The notes under the pieces are model-generated. The model was given only the letters and a program-made list of their open reading frames with translations, was not told the DNA's origin and did no database searches. A program made the translations under genes and the position numbers. This document shows positions 34,040 through 35,532 of a stretch of DNA of 35,532 nucleotides, in pieces. Location of the stretch: positions 70,972-106,503 of IMG/VR virus record IMGVR_UViG_3300040801_002731; one strand, written 5' to 3'. The first letter of the stretch is position 1. Every line of letters starts with the position of its first letter. The DNA is from a virus.

Positions 34040-34291
34040 TTACGCTGCTTCGTCGTCAAGCGGGTCGTCGAGCAACGCGACGATCTCGTCGTTGGCGCGC
34101 TGCATCAGAACGAACAGCTCGTTGGGCGTCAGCGTCTCGTCGTGACGTTCGATGCTGTAGATTAGACGCTCGGCGTTCGTCATTTTGACAACAGCGGCGA
34201 TCTTGTCGCTGTCTTTCTTGTAAATCTTGACTTCGGCTTCGTCGTTGGTCATGTCGTAGTCAACAGCGAAAGTGTAATTTGTCTGGTTCAT
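34040..34291 (-). CDS. Small acidic hypothetical protein, 83 aa (cassette 5)
   Basis: Start re-called to MNQTNY; Asp/Glu-rich, with no Gly or Trp. Confidence 0.78.
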   Translation of the reverse strand: MNQTNYTFAVDYDMTNDEAEVKIYKKDSDKIAAVVKMTNAERLIYSIERHDETLTPNELFVLMQRANDEIVALLDDPLDDEAA

Positions 34292-34452
34292 GGCTCTCTC
34301 GTTTGTTTGGTTGTTTGTTCGCTTCGCTGCGAACAAGTAGACTTTACGCGCGCAACTTCGGGGAACAGACTGGCATATTTATGCGATCTGCGGCGGGGCT
34401 GCGCGCGGGCGTGGGCTTGTCGGTGATATAGCGGGCATGGGCCTGGGGTTGC

Positions 34453-34720
34453 CCTTGGCATTGTCCATGGAATTTCCCATGCGAACCGCCAACACGCCGG
34501 CCATGGGAGTTCCCAGAGCAGAGCCCACGGACCTGCCCATGCGAGAGACCGAGGAGGGCGCCAACACGCCGGCCATGGGAGTTCCCTCGGCGATGCCCTT
34601 GGATGACACCGTGGGCCGGGCCGCGGCACGGCGCGTAGGCAAGGCCATGGCCGTTCCCAGAGGTCACCCCTGAGCCGTTCCCTATGGGATACCTGCCTGC
34701 CCGTGGCCTTTCCCTATGGG
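34453..34720. repeat. Longest phased CCNNGG-type array (12-bp period)
   Basis: 19 of 20 consecutive 12-bp registers from 34453 to 34681 begin with CC, and 11 are full CCNNGG. Confidence 0.92.
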
Positions 34721-34788
34721 CGCGCCAAAAAGATGCCCGACTGGACGAACCAGCCGGGCGAGTTCATGGCATCGCAAATCGAAAAGGG

Positions 34789-35079
34789 TCAGGCGAGGCT
34801 CTTCCAGGAGAACTGGAAGCCATTGCCGAAGATCGTGAGGCGCGCCGGGAGGCTCCTGCCGTCGGGCATGGTCAGCGCCGGAGTTATGCTTGTCTTGATC
34901 TCCCGGTGTCCGATGCCGTGCTGGGCGAGGAGCGCGCGGACCATGTTGATCGCGTGCTGGGGGTCGGCGGCGCTTTGGCTGGGGATGAGCCGCGGGAGGT
35001 CGTGCTTGACCGTCTCCAGGATGTCGTAGCCGCTCGGGCCGTAGAAGAAACAGGCCCCGTCGAGCTTGAAGTAGGACAT
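34789..35079 (-). CDS. Hypothetical protein, 96 aa (cassette 6)
   Basis: Start re-called to MSYFKL; leader TAACAGACTCATCG resembles that of cassette 1. Confidence 0.68.
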   Translation of the reverse strand: MSYFKLDGACFFYGPSGYDILETVKHDLPRLIPSQSAADPQHAINMVRALLAQHGIGHREIKTSITPALTMPDGRSLPARLTIFGNGFQFSWKSLA

Positions 35080-35186
35080 GACGCTCTCGCCTCGTGTCGT
35101 TGTCGATGAGTCTGTTATCGCGCACCAGGTTTGGGGACGCGGCTGGGAACGCAGAGGATTGAGCAGCGCTGTCGGGGCACGAAAGC

Positions 35187-35258
35187 GCGTCACAGAGCGC
35201 GACCGGGGCGTTCTGCTGTCGAGCTACGCTGCGCGTGACGGATCGCGCTCTGTGACGC
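35187..35258. repeat. 16-bp perfect inverted repeat (long hairpin)
   Basis: GCGTCACAGAGCGCGA-N40-TCGCGCTCTGTGACGC. Confidence 0.8.
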
Positions 35259-35532
35259 TCTAAGAGCGATTCAGCGACAGCCAAATCACGCGAGAAAGCG
35301 ATAGCGCGAGTGCGCGTGTTCGCGCTTGGGCGAAGGCCAGAGGCCAGCGGACCAGAGACCTCGGCCTGGAGGCCGTGGACGGCCGGACCCTCATGGACCG
35401 GCCTTCAGGCCATGAACCGGAGGACCTATCATTCCGAGTGGGTTTTGGCGGTTCGAGGGCCGAGGGCTTTTCCTCGCCCTGGAGCGAAATCATGAAAATT
35501 GGGGATCTGGAATTGTAAGGCGCCCCTTGGCA

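Noticed and set aside
34288-34673. ORFs across the longest phased array (GxxH, PWxx and PMAG repeats)
   Set aside because: All three minus frames and a plus frame are open because of the 12-bp GC-rich period. They lack clear RBSs, and sister arrays contain 13-14 bp steps. Coding is not fully excluded.
32032-34720. Z-DNA explanation for the 12-bp period
   Set aside because: Twelve bp per turn matches Z-DNA, but the arrays are rich in CC/GG steps, which disfavour the Z form.

Overview
The window is a ~35.5 kb piece of a GC-rich, large temperate siphophage that probably replicates as a plasmid. Its gene content and order resemble SSU5/pHCM2-type phage-plasmids, and the host is probably an alphaproteobacterium (both are inference). 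Positions 1-14.4 kb (minus strand) hold the virion module: terS, terL, portal, scaffold, major capsid, head/tail joining genes, tail tube, G/GT chaperones with a GGGAAAG slippery site, and a truncated tape measure gene. Positions 14.8-19.7 kb (minus) form a terminase-linked operon with two ParB-like proteins, an ABC ATPase, a HAD phosphatase, a GNAT (Mom-like) acetyltransferase and a wHTH protein. Positions 19.7-25.1 kb (plus) carry an SF2 helicase, two tandem RHH genes, a dNMP kinase, a minimal kinase-like protein and ParA plus a ParG-like partner. A tRNA-Leu(UAA) then lies divergent from a Type ISP restriction-modification gene. Twelve copies of an 18-bp palindromic operator-like site sit at promoters and gene junctions across 27 kb. 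The most unusual part is 30.3-35.5 kb. There, six small monocistronic genes with related leaders alternate with non-coding spacers carrying CCNNGG-type motifs in a 12-bp register, and several adjacent segments are almost free of CC/GG dinucleotides. All calls were made by eye from motifs and synteny; no database search was run.
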